Part shown: positions 16,626 through 25,207 of the stretch, piece after piece | Position numbering within the stretch: the stretch's first letter is position 1 | How the letters are laid out: each line of letters begins with the position of its first letter | Assembly: GCA_964442325.1 (NCBI GenBank) | Contig: CAYTYX010000001.1 | Span: forward strand, 57,485-121,484 | Direction of reading: 5' to 3' | DNA length: 64,000 nucleotides | Source of the DNA: an uncultured Candidatus Saccharibacteria bacterium | GTDB taxonomy: Bacteria; Patescibacteriota; Saccharimonadia; Saccharimonadales; UBA10212 | Translations under genes and position numbers: made by a program | The notes under the pieces: generated by a model | The model's database searches: none | What the model was told of the DNA's origin: nothing | Seen by the model: only the letters and a program-made list of their open reading frames with translations

Positions 16626-18233
16626 ATGAAAATATGGCCAAGGGCTTGGCCAAGGCGGCTGACCTACCTGCTAAGTGCCGGTTTACTGGGATTGGCGTTG
16701 CTAGGTGGCTGGAGCTGGTACCACTACAGCAAAATTAATATTAGCGGCCCAACGGTCCATATAAACAAATTGCAGTTTGACCAGTCGCTTACAATTGGTG
16801 AACAAGCTCTGATTAGCCAATCAATTGCCGGTCTTCAGCCAAAGTCAAATTTTAGCGGCCCAGTTTTTGCCTATTCCGCCACTAGCTTAAACCCTTCAGC
16901 TGGCAGCTCGTTGCTAAGTGTTTATGTGCCGGTGACCGATCCCTACGCGATCAAGCAAAGTATCACTAGCCAGGAGATAAGTGCCGAACAAAAAATATAC
17001 ATACCAAATGAACTTAATCCGGTCGTGTCGGCGGCGCTAGCGACTACGCTCAACCTAGATCCACAAAAATTTAGCCCAACCAGCGATATAGCAACAACCC
17101 TATTGCAAAACCCAGGCAGCTTGGCATTTATTAATGCCAAGGATTTAACGCCGGCGCTAAAGCTGTTGCGCCTAAACAACCACTACTATTTGGACGATTT
17201 TAGTAGCGGCGCGGTGTTTCGCTCTGTTCAGTTTAGTGGCACAAGTGCATCGCAGCTACCAGCCCTAAAACTCGGCAACTTTGCGACTTCCAGTAATGTT
17301 CTGAAACTGAATATGAGCGGGGTTACTGCCCTAACCCGTGCACTGATGCTCAAAATAAACGCCTCCGGCGACCCGGCTTACCCAGCTAAAAACATCGGCG
17401 GTTTTTTGGCCGATGCCGACTTTACCCAAACATCCGACGAAGTTTCTTTTAAAACCGGCTGCGTGGTTTCCGACACTGTCTTTTGCGCTACGCCAAGTTC
17501 TATCAAGACGCTAAAAGCTAGCGGTATCAATATTGTCGAGCTAACCGGCAATCACAATAACGATGCCGGCACTACGGCCGGCACCAACACAATTAATCTA
17601 TATCACTCTTTGGGCTGGGGAACATTTGGCGGGGGACTAAATGCTGCCGCTGCCGCCAAACCTTACGTTATTAATAAAAAGGGTAGCCAGGTAGCTTTGC
17701 TTGGCTACAATTACTACGACACTGTCTATAGAAGCGCGGCTTTGGCCGGGCCAACTAGCCCCGGTGCGGCTAGCTTTAGTTTTGCAAAAATCAAGGCGGC
17801 CATTGCTGCTGCAAAAGCTTTAGGCAACTTTGTGATTGTTGATGTTCAGTATCAGGAATGCTACTCCTATCCGGATGGCTATGTACTCGACCCGGCTTGC
17901 TATAAACCACTAGCCTCGCCTGATCAAAAAGCTGACTTTGAGCGCATCATTAACGAGGGGGCGGATATGGTGATTGGCACTCAAGCCCACCAGCCACAAA
18001 CCTATGAGATGTACAAGGGTAAGCCGATTTACTTTGGGCTTGGTAATTTATATTTCGACCAATTTGAGTGGCCCGGCACTGAGCAGGGAATAATCCTAAC
18101 CCACTATTTTTTAAATGGCCGCTTACTGCAAACCAAATTATCGCCAACAATTTATAACCAGACCATGCAGCCACGGCTAATGACTGACTCCGAAGCCACT
18201 AACTTTCTAAAACTTCTTCAACAAGCCAGATAA
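16626..18233 (+). CDS. CapA-family (PGA_cap) metallophosphoesterase-like membrane-anchored protein
   Basis: 535 aa with an N-terminal TM helix. C-terminal half carries ELTGNHNNDAG, VALLGY, and IINEGADMVIGTQAHQPQ...YFGLGNLYFDQ, typical of CapA. Confidence 0.7.
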   Translation: MKIWPRAWPRRLTYLLSAGLLGLALLGGWSWYHYSKINISGPTVHINKLQFDQSLTIGEQALISQSIAGLQPKSNFSGPVFAYSATSLNPSAGSSLLSVYVPVTDPYAIKQSITSQEISAEQKIYIPNELNPVVSAALATTLNLDPQKFSPTSDIATTLLQNPGSLAFINAKDLTPALKLLRLNNHYYLDDFSSGAVFRSVQFSGTSASQLPALKLGNFATSSNVLKLNMSGVTALTRALMLKINASGDPAYPAKNIGGFLADADFTQTSDEVSFKTGCVVSDTVFCATPSSIKTLKASGINIVELTGNHNNDAGTTAGTNTINLYHSLGWGTFGGGLNAAAAAKPYVINKKGSQVALLGYNYYDTVYRSAALAGPTSPGAASFSFAKIKAAIAAAKALGNFVIVDVQYQECYSYPDGYVLDPACYKPLASPDQKADFERIINEGADMVIGTQAHQPQTYEMYKGKPIYFGLGNLYFDQFEWPGTEQGIILTHYFLNGRLLQTKLSPTIYNQTMQPRLMTDSEATNFLKLLQQAR

Positions 18234-18244
18234 TTTATCTGCCT

Positions 18245-18321
18245 TGGTCGGGGTGAGAGGACTCGAACCTCCGGCCTCCGCGTCCCAAACGCGGCGCGCT
18301 AGCCAACTGCGCCACACCCCG
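18245..18321 (-). tRNA. tRNA-Pro (anticodon TGG), CCA encoded
   Basis: Hand-folded: acceptor CGGGGTG/CACCCCG, D arm GCGC-AGTTGGCTA-GCGC, anticodon arm CCGCG-TTTGGGA-CGCGG, T arm GGAGG-TTCGAGT-CCTCT, then A-CCA. Confidence 0.9.
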
Positions 18322-18359
18322 ATCAACTTTGCGAGTATAGCAAATAACAGAGGTAGAAG

Positions 18360-19190
18360 CTAGAGCTGTTTGTGAGTTACTTTGTAGTAGAGAGTCGTGG
18401 TTAAAACTGTACTAATAACTTTGGCCAGTACAAATGAGCCGGCACCCAGTAGGGCTGCCAAAAACCAACCGACCAGCCGGGCGGTATGGCCGTCGAACCA
18501 ATAGTGCTGGACTAGCTTTGGCAAAAAACTAAGCAGGCCAAGCACTAACACGCTTAATATCGTAGTTACCCGGATTACCAAACTTTCGTGCCAAGCCCCG
18601 CCCAGAGTTTTTACCGAATGGGCAACTGTACCAAACAGCCCTTCGCTTTTATTCATAATCGCTGGCGCTAGCTGGCTGGTGCTCATCGAAAACGAACTAC
18701 CAACAACGCCGACAATGCCGCGCGGCAGCTTGCGCCACTGGGCGATGACGGCCAGCGGAAAGAAAAAGACCGACAAAATCGAAAAGAAAGTGACTCTAAA
18801 AAATCTGCGGCCGACTGCCCGTAGTCCAAATAGCAACGTAGTTGGCTGACCGTCGAGCTTGGCCCACGTGCTGGCGCTGACGGCGCAGGTAAAATAAGCG
18901 GTTATAAAAAAGGTGTAAAAAACCGGGAAGGCCACTAGGCCTAGATGCGCCAGCAAAGTATGAGGCGCGCTTTGATCAACTTTATTCAGGATTTGCCAGC
19001 GGTCTACGTGTCGCCAGCCGTGCAGTACAAAGCCGGTGACCAGTGGCGAGGTTATCCATATAAAACCAACTGCCATATAGGCGTAAATCGCAATTTGCGG
19101 GTCACGGATTAGCGCTTTGAGTCCAGAGGCCGTGGCAGTTCCGGCATTTTTTATGGCCTTGTCGCCGGTTCTGATAAATCTGCCAAACAC
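18360..19190 (-). CDS. multi-pass membrane protein, unknown function
   Basis: 276 aa with about 6 hydrophobic segments. No recognisable motif. Confidence 0.5.
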   Translation of the reverse strand: MFGRFIRTGDKAIKNAGTATASGLKALIRDPQIAIYAYMAVGFIWITSPLVTGFVLHGWRHVDRWQILNKVDQSAPHTLLAHLGLVAFPVFYTFFITAYFTCAVSASTWAKLDGQPTTLLFGLRAVGRRFFRVTFFSILSVFFFPLAVIAQWRKLPRGIVGVVGSSFSMSTSQLAPAIMNKSEGLFGTVAHSVKTLGGAWHESLVIRVTTILSVLVLGLLSFLPKLVQHYWFDGHTARLVGWFLAALLGAGSFVLAKVISTVLTTTLYYKVTHKQL

Positions 19191-19204
19191 TGTTTTAAAT
19201 ACCC

Positions 19205-20968
19205 CTAAGATTTAGGCCGCAGGCCCGCTAGGTTTTTAACAATCGTCTGAGTGAGTTTCTGGCTTTCTCCTTCAGCTGCGGGAGCATCTACCAGCTTTTT
19301 TTGCTGAGCCCGCAAGCGGTTTAAGTGCCCTGCCCGGTACTTATTAAATGGACGTTTGGCCAGCCCGGATTTTTTAATGAACGCGCCAATTTGCTCGCTG
19401 CCGATGTAGTGCGGCAGCATTACATATGACGCACCTCGCTCGTATAACTCAACTGCCGCCTTAGCGCTCTCGGCCTGGCAAATCACTACAGCCTCGGGAT
19501 TTTGGCTGGAGATATAATCGAGCAGTTGCAAGTTGGTGTTTTGGTCGGTGATAGACGACACAACTAGCCTAGCCTTATCTACGCCGGCTTCGGCCAGCAG
19601 TTCAGGGTCGGTGGCATCGCCGTACAAACTGCTAATTTTAAGTCGCTCTAAATGCTCAATGATTTCCGGGTCGTAATCTATTACTACAAACGGCCGCCCG
19701 AGTTGTTTAAAGGTTTTAATAAATTCGTGGCCGCCTTTTTGGTAGCCAAATAGCACTAGTTCGTAGCGCGGCGGCACGGCTGGTTCGCCGTGGGGCCGGC
19801 GCCGCTCAAATAATCCTAAGCGAGTTTCGGTGAGCTTAAACAGCCGGTCGCTGAAATCGACAAGGTAGCTGGAGACGGCAATCGACAGTAAAGCAATCAG
19901 TGTGATGGCCGAGGTCACATCTTGGCTGATTAGCCCGCGCTTTTGAGCCAAAATTACCAAGACGATTGAAAACTCGCTGACTTGAGCCAGGGCAATAGCG
20001 GTTTTGAACGACGTGCGTTTGGTATAACCCAGCCAGCCCATCGAGGCAATGGCCACCAGCGGTTTGGCAATGACCACAATGGCCACTGCCGCTAGTATTA
20101 TCGGCAGCTGCGAAGCAAAGTGGGTAAAGCCTAGGCCGGCGCCAAGAGTTATAAAGAAGATGACTAGAAAGAAATCGCGCAAGGGCCGCAAGCGCGAAGC
20201 AATCTCTTGGGCATAAGGGGCTTGGGCCAAACAAACACCAGCCAGCAGAGCGCCGATTTCACTACTCAAACCAATTTTGGCAAATAGCGCGGCGCTACCC
20301 AGCCCGGCGGCGATAGCAAATAAAAACAAAAACTCCTGGCTAGAGGCCACTAATTTATGGTATCTAGGCAAAAACTCAACGCTAAACCAGTAAATCAGAC
20401 CAGCAATCACCAGGCCCTTAAAAGCAAGTGAGATAGTTGAGCCAAACTGAACGCTGCTGCCACTGCCAGCGCTAGTAACAATTACTAGAGCAATGGCAAT
20501 TAGGTCCTGCACCAGCGATACACCAATCGCAATTTTGCCGTACAGCCGGTTTTGTTCATGCTTATCGCTCAACAACTTTAGGATGATAATCGTCGAAGAA
20601 AACGCTACGCTGGCACCCAAAAAGGCCGCGGCGGTATGGCTTAATCCCAAGGCCGAACCTACTAAATAGCCCAGCGCCGTAATCACGCCCACCTGTATCG
20701 TGCCCACTAGCGCGGCGGTACGGCCTACCTCGCTAATCGCCTTTGGGTTTAGCCCCAGGCCGACTATAAAAAGTAGTAGGGCGATGCCAATTTCGGAAAA
20801 TACAGCTAGCGCGTCGGGTGATTTAGTTATGCCTAAAATCGCCGGGCCGGCCACGATGCCGGTTAAAATATAGCCAATAATCAGCGGCTGGCGCATAGCC
20901 CGCATCGCGGCTGCCATTAGCGCACCAATTACCAGCACTACACTTAGGGTGTAAAAAATACTATCCAC
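19205..20968 (-). CDS. Kef-type cation:proton antiporter with C-terminal RCK/TrkA-N domain
   Basis: 587 aa with a CPA2-like membrane domain (~390 aa) followed by a Rossmann-like segment (VLFGYQKGGHEFIKTF...VVIDYDPE). Confidence 0.8.
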   Translation of the reverse strand: MDSIFYTLSVVLVIGALMAAAMRAMRQPLIIGYILTGIVAGPAILGITKSPDALAVFSEIGIALLLFIVGLGLNPKAISEVGRTAALVGTIQVGVITALGYLVGSALGLSHTAAAFLGASVAFSSTIIILKLLSDKHEQNRLYGKIAIGVSLVQDLIAIALVIVTSAGSGSSVQFGSTISLAFKGLVIAGLIYWFSVEFLPRYHKLVASSQEFLFLFAIAAGLGSAALFAKIGLSSEIGALLAGVCLAQAPYAQEIASRLRPLRDFFLVIFFITLGAGLGFTHFASQLPIILAAVAIVVIAKPLVAIASMGWLGYTKRTSFKTAIALAQVSEFSIVLVILAQKRGLISQDVTSAITLIALLSIAVSSYLVDFSDRLFKLTETRLGLFERRRPHGEPAVPPRYELVLFGYQKGGHEFIKTFKQLGRPFVVIDYDPEIIEHLERLKISSLYGDATDPELLAEAGVDKARLVVSSITDQNTNLQLLDYISSQNPEAVVICQAESAKAAVELYERGASYVMLPHYIGSEQIGAFIKKSGLAKRPFNKYRAGHLNRLRAQQKKLVDAPAAEGESQKLTQTIVKNLAGLRPKS

Positions 20969-21013
20969 GCTTAGTTACAGTATAGCCCAGCTGAGCAGGG
21001 CAGTTAAAAAATC

Positions 21014-21205
21014 TTACTTGCCGTAAGGGCCGCTGCCGTATCCGGAACTGGCTTGATGATTACTTGGACTATCCAAAAGGCCCTTATGTCCAAGTAGTTT
21101 CAGTATGGTAGAAAGCCCCATAATCGACAGCAATCCGGCGCCAAGAATAGTTAAAAACTCTTTGCGGGTAACTTCTTTTTGCTGGATTTTGTCTAGCTGG
21201 CTCAT
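21014..21205 (-). CDS. 63-aa protein with Tat-like (RK variant) signal/anchor
   Basis: VTRKEFLTILGAGLLSIMGLSTI resembles the S/T-R-R-x-F-L-K motif plus h-region. Lies immediately downstream of tatC on the same strand. Confidence 0.45.
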   Translation of the reverse strand: MSQLDKIQQKEVTRKEFLTILGAGLLSIMGLSTILKLLGHKGLLDSPSNHQASSGYGSGPYGK

Positions 21206-21231
21206 ATTTGCTTAAAATTATAACATAATGT

Positions 21232-22131
21232 TTATGCTTGCCGCACCGGCGGTATAATATCCCACACCAGCTTGGCTGGTCGGGGACTGGTGGGTTGTAC
21301 AATTACCCCCACGTTTGGCACAGGTTCTATGAATGTATCGGTAGCAGTATCTGTAACAACCACCGGCGATTCAACTCGCCGCCGATTGTGCAGGTAAACT
21401 GCCAGCACCGAGATTTGATACATCGCCAGAATCGGCAGCGTAAAGAAAACCAGATTGGTAATATCGGTAGTTGGTGCCATTACCGCCGCGGCAATAAAGG
21501 CAAAGGCAATCACGTAACGCTCCCAGCCCAGAAGCCTTCGCGGGCTAAGCGGCTTGATGCGATTAATAAACGTGATAATTAGCGGCAACTGGAACAATAT
21601 GGCCGAACCAAGCAAATACATCGTGATAAAGCTCATATATTCCTGGATGGTCAATAGCGGTCTAATTTGGGTAGTCGTAAATTGATGCGATAGAAAATGC
21701 AGCAGCAAGGGCAGGCCGAGGTAGTAGCCAAAAACGCCACCGGCTATGGCAAAGACAAACGAGTAAAAACTATAGCGCAGTATTAGCGAACGCTTATGAT
21801 GGCCTAGCAGCGGCTCAAGGTAGCGCACAATCTGATAAACAATTACCGGGATGCTTAAAGCGATTCCAAAATACAGGCACACTTGGAACAAAAAATTGAG
21901 TCCACCGCCCGGCGTGGTGTAAATAAATTGCTGGCCATGCGACGGTTTGAGTAGCCAGGTTACAATTTGCTGCTGAATAAAATAGCCGGCCAGCGTGAAA
22001 CCAACTACCGAAACTGCGACATAAAACAATCGTCGGCGCAGTTCGTGCACGTGCTCTATAAACGGCCGTTTTAGATCAAGCCGCGTGTGAAGCTGGTGGT
22101 TGATCGTCTGATTTTGGTTTGTCGCTTCCAT
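21232..22131 (-). CDS. tatC: twin-arginine translocase subunit TatC
   Basis: 299 aa, 6 TM, with an N-terminal FIEHVHELRRRL motif. Its 5' end overlaps tatA by 56 nt if Met1 is used. Confidence 0.88.
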   Translation of the reverse strand: MEATNQNQTINHQLHTRLDLKRPFIEHVHELRRRLFYVAVSVVGFTLAGYFIQQQIVTWLLKPSHGQQFIYTTPGGGLNFLFQVCLYFGIALSIPVIVYQIVRYLEPLLGHHKRSLILRYSFYSFVFAIAGGVFGYYLGLPLLLHFLSHQFTTTQIRPLLTIQEYMSFITMYLLGSAILFQLPLIITFINRIKPLSPRRLLGWERYVIAFAFIAAAVMAPTTDITNLVFFTLPILAMYQISVLAVYLHNRRRVESPVVVTDTATDTFIEPVPNVGVIVQPTSPRPAKLVWDIIPPVRQA

Positions 22132-22303
22132 TTTTGGTGTTTTCGTTTACATCTCCACTTATACCCTTGCGCAGCTCGCGCATCGATTGGCCAATGCTCT
22201 TGCTAAGCTCAGGCAGTTTCTTACTACCAAATAGAAGTAGCAAGATAACTAAAATTATTATTAATTCCGGCGTGCCGATGTCTAGTAGACCAAATGTTGC
22301 CAT
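22076..22303 (-). CDS. tatA: twin-arginine translocase subunit TatA/E
   Basis: 75 aa with GTPELIIILVILLLLFGSKKLPELSKSIGQSMRELRKG, the canonical TatA TM helix plus amphipathic helix. Confidence 0.9.
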   Translation of the reverse strand: MATFGLLDIGTPELIIILVILLLLFGSKKLPELSKSIGQSMRELRKGISGDVNENTKNGSDKPKSDDQPPASHAA

Positions 22304-22396
22304 TAAATTTCCCCTGCCTTGTTAATTATTTTCTCCACCAAGCTTATAGATATATAATATTATCATTAGCAATATAGGGCAAGAGGACTTTCTAAT

Positions 22397-22723
22397 ATGC
22401 AGCAATCGATAGTAGCTGATGTTTACGGTGGTGGCAACTACGGCGCTGGCCAATATTCGGCCACGGGCGTAACTGGCTCTTCTAGCTCTACAACTTCTGG
22501 CTCCGGTAGCAGCACAACCGGCACTTCGAGCTCTCCAACCACCACTCCAAGCTCCCCGACTACCACTACTCTGCAGCCGGCCGCTGGTAGCCCAGCCCCA
22601 ACAACTGTCGCATCGGCTAGCCACGTATGGTTGTGGTCGGCGATTATTGTATTTGCAGTCGTGGTGGTAGTACTGCTGTGGCGGCGACTTCGTCGCCATA
22701 AACAACTTGACGTTTACTATTAA
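22397..22723 (+). CDS. Ser/Thr/Pro-rich C-tail-anchored small protein (first gene of the fibre locus)
   Basis: 108 aa with a low-complexity STP-rich stretch, a C-terminal TM helix (VWLWSAIIVFAVVVVVLLW) and a basic tail. GCAAGAGGA 9 nt before the ATG resembles the leader motif of the paralog genes. Confidence 0.55.
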   Translation: MQQSIVADVYGGGNYGAGQYSATGVTGSSSSTTSGSGSSTTGTSSSPTTTPSSPTTTTLQPAAGSPAPTTVASASHVWLWSAIIVFAVVVVVLLWRRLRRHKQLDVYY

Positions 22724-22733
22724 TCCTCATCTC

Positions 22734-22845
22734 AATCTCTTGTATAATAACCTCAAGCACTTAAAGTAGCGCAAGAGGGAGTTTTTAAAGACAAACAATG
22801 GCTAGACTGCCAATACCTGGTTCTGATGACGGCACCTGGGGAGAT
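22734..22845 (+). repeat. 112-nt block identical to 30863-30974 (promoter, 5' leader and first 16 codons)
   Basis: Base-by-base comparison by eye. Identity runs from aatctcttgtataat... through ...ggcacctggggagat. Confidence 0.85.
22741..22748 (+). promoter_or_regulatory. TG-TATAAT promoter -10 element of paralog 1
   Basis: cttgTGTATAATaacctcaagcac is conserved upstream of four paralogs, about 50 nt before the ATG. Confidence 0.5.
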
Positions 22846-25125
22846 ATCCTCAATTCTTTTTTAGAAGTTGAGCATAATGCTGACGGCAGCCAAAAGACTC
22901 TACCAATAACCAAAGGCGGCACTGGTGCGACTGATTCTACCGCCGCCCGAACCAATCTAGACGTTCCATCAACCTCCGACTTAGGCTCTAAAGCTGACGA
23001 CTCCACTGTTGTCCACCTCGCCGGCACCGAAACCATCACCGGCAATAAAGACTTCACTGGCTCCATAACCAAGAACAGCGCCAACCTCATCACTAGAATC
23101 CAGGATGCGACGGATGTCAACCTAGCCGGCGCGGCTGATGGTGATCCGGTCGTCTTCGACTCGGCATCGGGCGGGGCGAAGCACACATCCCCTTCATTTA
23201 TTAGTGCCTACAGGCTAACTAGTGACGGTACGACCGTAAGGGCGTACGACAAAACGGGTGCGCAGATTGCTTCTAACGCTGACGGCGGGGCTGTCTTGCA
23301 AGCAGTCTTCACGGCCATGCCCGCCGCAGGCGCACATATTGCATTCCGCAACGACGGCAATGTTTTCCCCTGGGCAACGACGCCACTCATCCCGAAGAAC
23401 ATAAGTAAGAAACTACTAATTCAAGGAAATGGTGCCACTGTTATACTGTCTGCTACCGCTCCGATCTTCCTTGATGTTAACCGCACTCTTCCCGGTGACA
23501 CGTTCCAGAACTTCGAAGTCTCCGATTTCATCATTAACCGCAACAACGTGAACCCGGCCCTTGGTGCTCCCGTCGTCCTCGGCGCATCCACCTCGTTCCG
23601 GATCAACTGGAACCACATCACCATTCGCCGGATCAAGACAATCAACGTCCCGACGAACGCAGGTACCGGTGCGATCAACCGAAACGTAGAAATCATCAGC
23701 TACCATACGGATGCTGGCGAAGCGCAGACCAACGTTACCGACATCCTTATCGAGGACTGCGATTTCGGGGGCGGAAACTACGGCGTTTTTGTCGGCGGGT
23801 TGGTTGTAAATGGTCGCTCCTGTGAAGTGCTTGTAGACCGGATCAAAGTCTACCGAGTCAAGCACGACACGCTTTCACTTAACAATACCAACACACTGCG
23901 TGGCGACGTACATGTGCATATCGGTGGTTTCGGCTTTGGCGGGAGCTGCGTCATCCGCGATTGTGAAGGCTTCAATACAGGCGACACCGGCTACGAGATT
24001 GACTCGATGATGTTTGCCATAGTTGATGGCTGTATCGCCTCTGATTACTGGTCAAAGGGCTTCCTTCTTCGCAACTTCCGGGCTGTACAAGATGTTAATT
24101 CTCAGCTTTACGTCGTTCGTGGTTGCAAAGCAGCAATCGTCAATTTGGTTGGAAATGAATGTCCACCGATTCAGTCGCAGAACGGTTTCTGCCTTCCAGT
24201 GCTGAATACAGACACTCCGTTTGGGCACATCGTTATTTCAGACTGTGAGTGGCATACCAAGCAATCTCAATTGGGGGACGGCACCGGAGATATGCTTGGC
24301 TTGGCAATACTGAATCTCTGGCAGATTCAGAGCATCACTGTACGTGATTTCACCATGGTTGCCGATTCACTTGCTGATACCTATGTAGGCGGGACGCTTA
24401 GGTTTGATACTGCGATCATGCTTTTTCCTGCAACTGATAATGCAAAAATCAGACTTGAAAACATCCAGGTAATCACGGCTGGAACGGTAACTACACAGCG
24501 ACGTTTGTGGTGGATTCGGGTTGGTTCAACTGGCAGCCACCCAGTTTCTTTTACCTGCGACGGCATTTGGTTCTCACCTGGTACTACGGGCGGTGGTAAT
24601 GGGCATCAACGGCTCGTCAGCCTCGGCGCGGCTCTCCCGGATGTTACAACTATGCGCGGGGTAATGCGTCGGGTTGGTGTCATCAACTACACCTCCGACG
24701 ACACACAGCCAGCCGGGATCGGAATAGAGGGCCAGAACCAGCTTGTCGTTGACGGGCAACTAGTTTTCGAAGACTGCGACTTCCGCAAGTTCCCAGGCAG
24801 TGCGGCTGATATTCAGTTCGAGGCGACCGGTACGTCGAATGCGGCATTCGTTAACGCCGTACGTATAAAAGGCCACATTTACCCATATAGCGCTACAGTC
24901 ATCACACCCAACGGCTCACCGTTCATCTGGCAGAACCTGCTCGGATATAGGGCGAAGCTACTGATCTTCGGCGGCACCGTCTCGGATATCCAGTGGTCGA
25001 ACGACGGTAGCACATACCGAGACACGGGATTCATAACCGGAGCAACTATCGATGTTGATCCTGGAGACTACGTGCAGGTCACCTACACCGGAGCGCCAAC
25101 GATGCGTGCCTTCCAGGTCAAATAG
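22798..25125 (+). CDS. tail-fibre/tailspike-like paralog 1 (constant N-module plus beta-helix-like body)
   Basis: 775 aa starting MARLPIPGSDDGTWGDILNSFLEVEHNADGSQK. Carries KGGTGATDSTAARTNL and KADDSTVVHLAGTETITGNKDFTG motifs, then repetitive Asn/Gly/Val-rich segments (ILIEDCDFGGGNYGVFVGG, CVIRDCEGFNTGDTGYEID) suggesting a parallel beta-helix. No signal peptide or TM helix. Confidence 0.75.
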   Translation: MARLPIPGSDDGTWGDILNSFLEVEHNADGSQKTLPITKGGTGATDSTAARTNLDVPSTSDLGSKADDSTVVHLAGTETITGNKDFTGSITKNSANLITRIQDATDVNLAGAADGDPVVFDSASGGAKHTSPSFISAYRLTSDGTTVRAYDKTGAQIASNADGGAVLQAVFTAMPAAGAHIAFRNDGNVFPWATTPLIPKNISKKLLIQGNGATVILSATAPIFLDVNRTLPGDTFQNFEVSDFIINRNNVNPALGAPVVLGASTSFRINWNHITIRRIKTINVPTNAGTGAINRNVEIISYHTDAGEAQTNVTDILIEDCDFGGGNYGVFVGGLVVNGRSCEVLVDRIKVYRVKHDTLSLNNTNTLRGDVHVHIGGFGFGGSCVIRDCEGFNTGDTGYEIDSMMFAIVDGCIASDYWSKGFLLRNFRAVQDVNSQLYVVRGCKAAIVNLVGNECPPIQSQNGFCLPVLNTDTPFGHIVISDCEWHTKQSQLGDGTGDMLGLAILNLWQIQSITVRDFTMVADSLADTYVGGTLRFDTAIMLFPATDNAKIRLENIQVITAGTVTTQRRLWWIRVGSTGSHPVSFTCDGIWFSPGTTGGGNGHQRLVSLGAALPDVTTMRGVMRRVGVINYTSDDTQPAGIGIEGQNQLVVDGQLVFEDCDFRKFPGSAADIQFEATGTSNAAFVNAVRIKGHIYPYSATVITPNGSPFIWQNLLGYRAKLLIFGGTVSDIQWSNDGSTYRDTGFITGATIDVDPGDYVQVTYTGAPTMRAFQVK

Positions 25126-25150
25126 CGCCTACTCACTCCTAGCCGATTCT

Positions 25151-25158
25151 TGTATAAT
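25151..25158 (+). promoter_or_regulatory. TG-TATAAT promoter -10 element of paralog 2
   Basis: Same ttcttgtataataacctcaagcac context as at 22741. Confidence 0.5.
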
Positions 25159-25207
25159 AACCTCAAGCACTAACTAGTGATGAGAGGGAGTTATTTAAAG
25201 ACAAACA

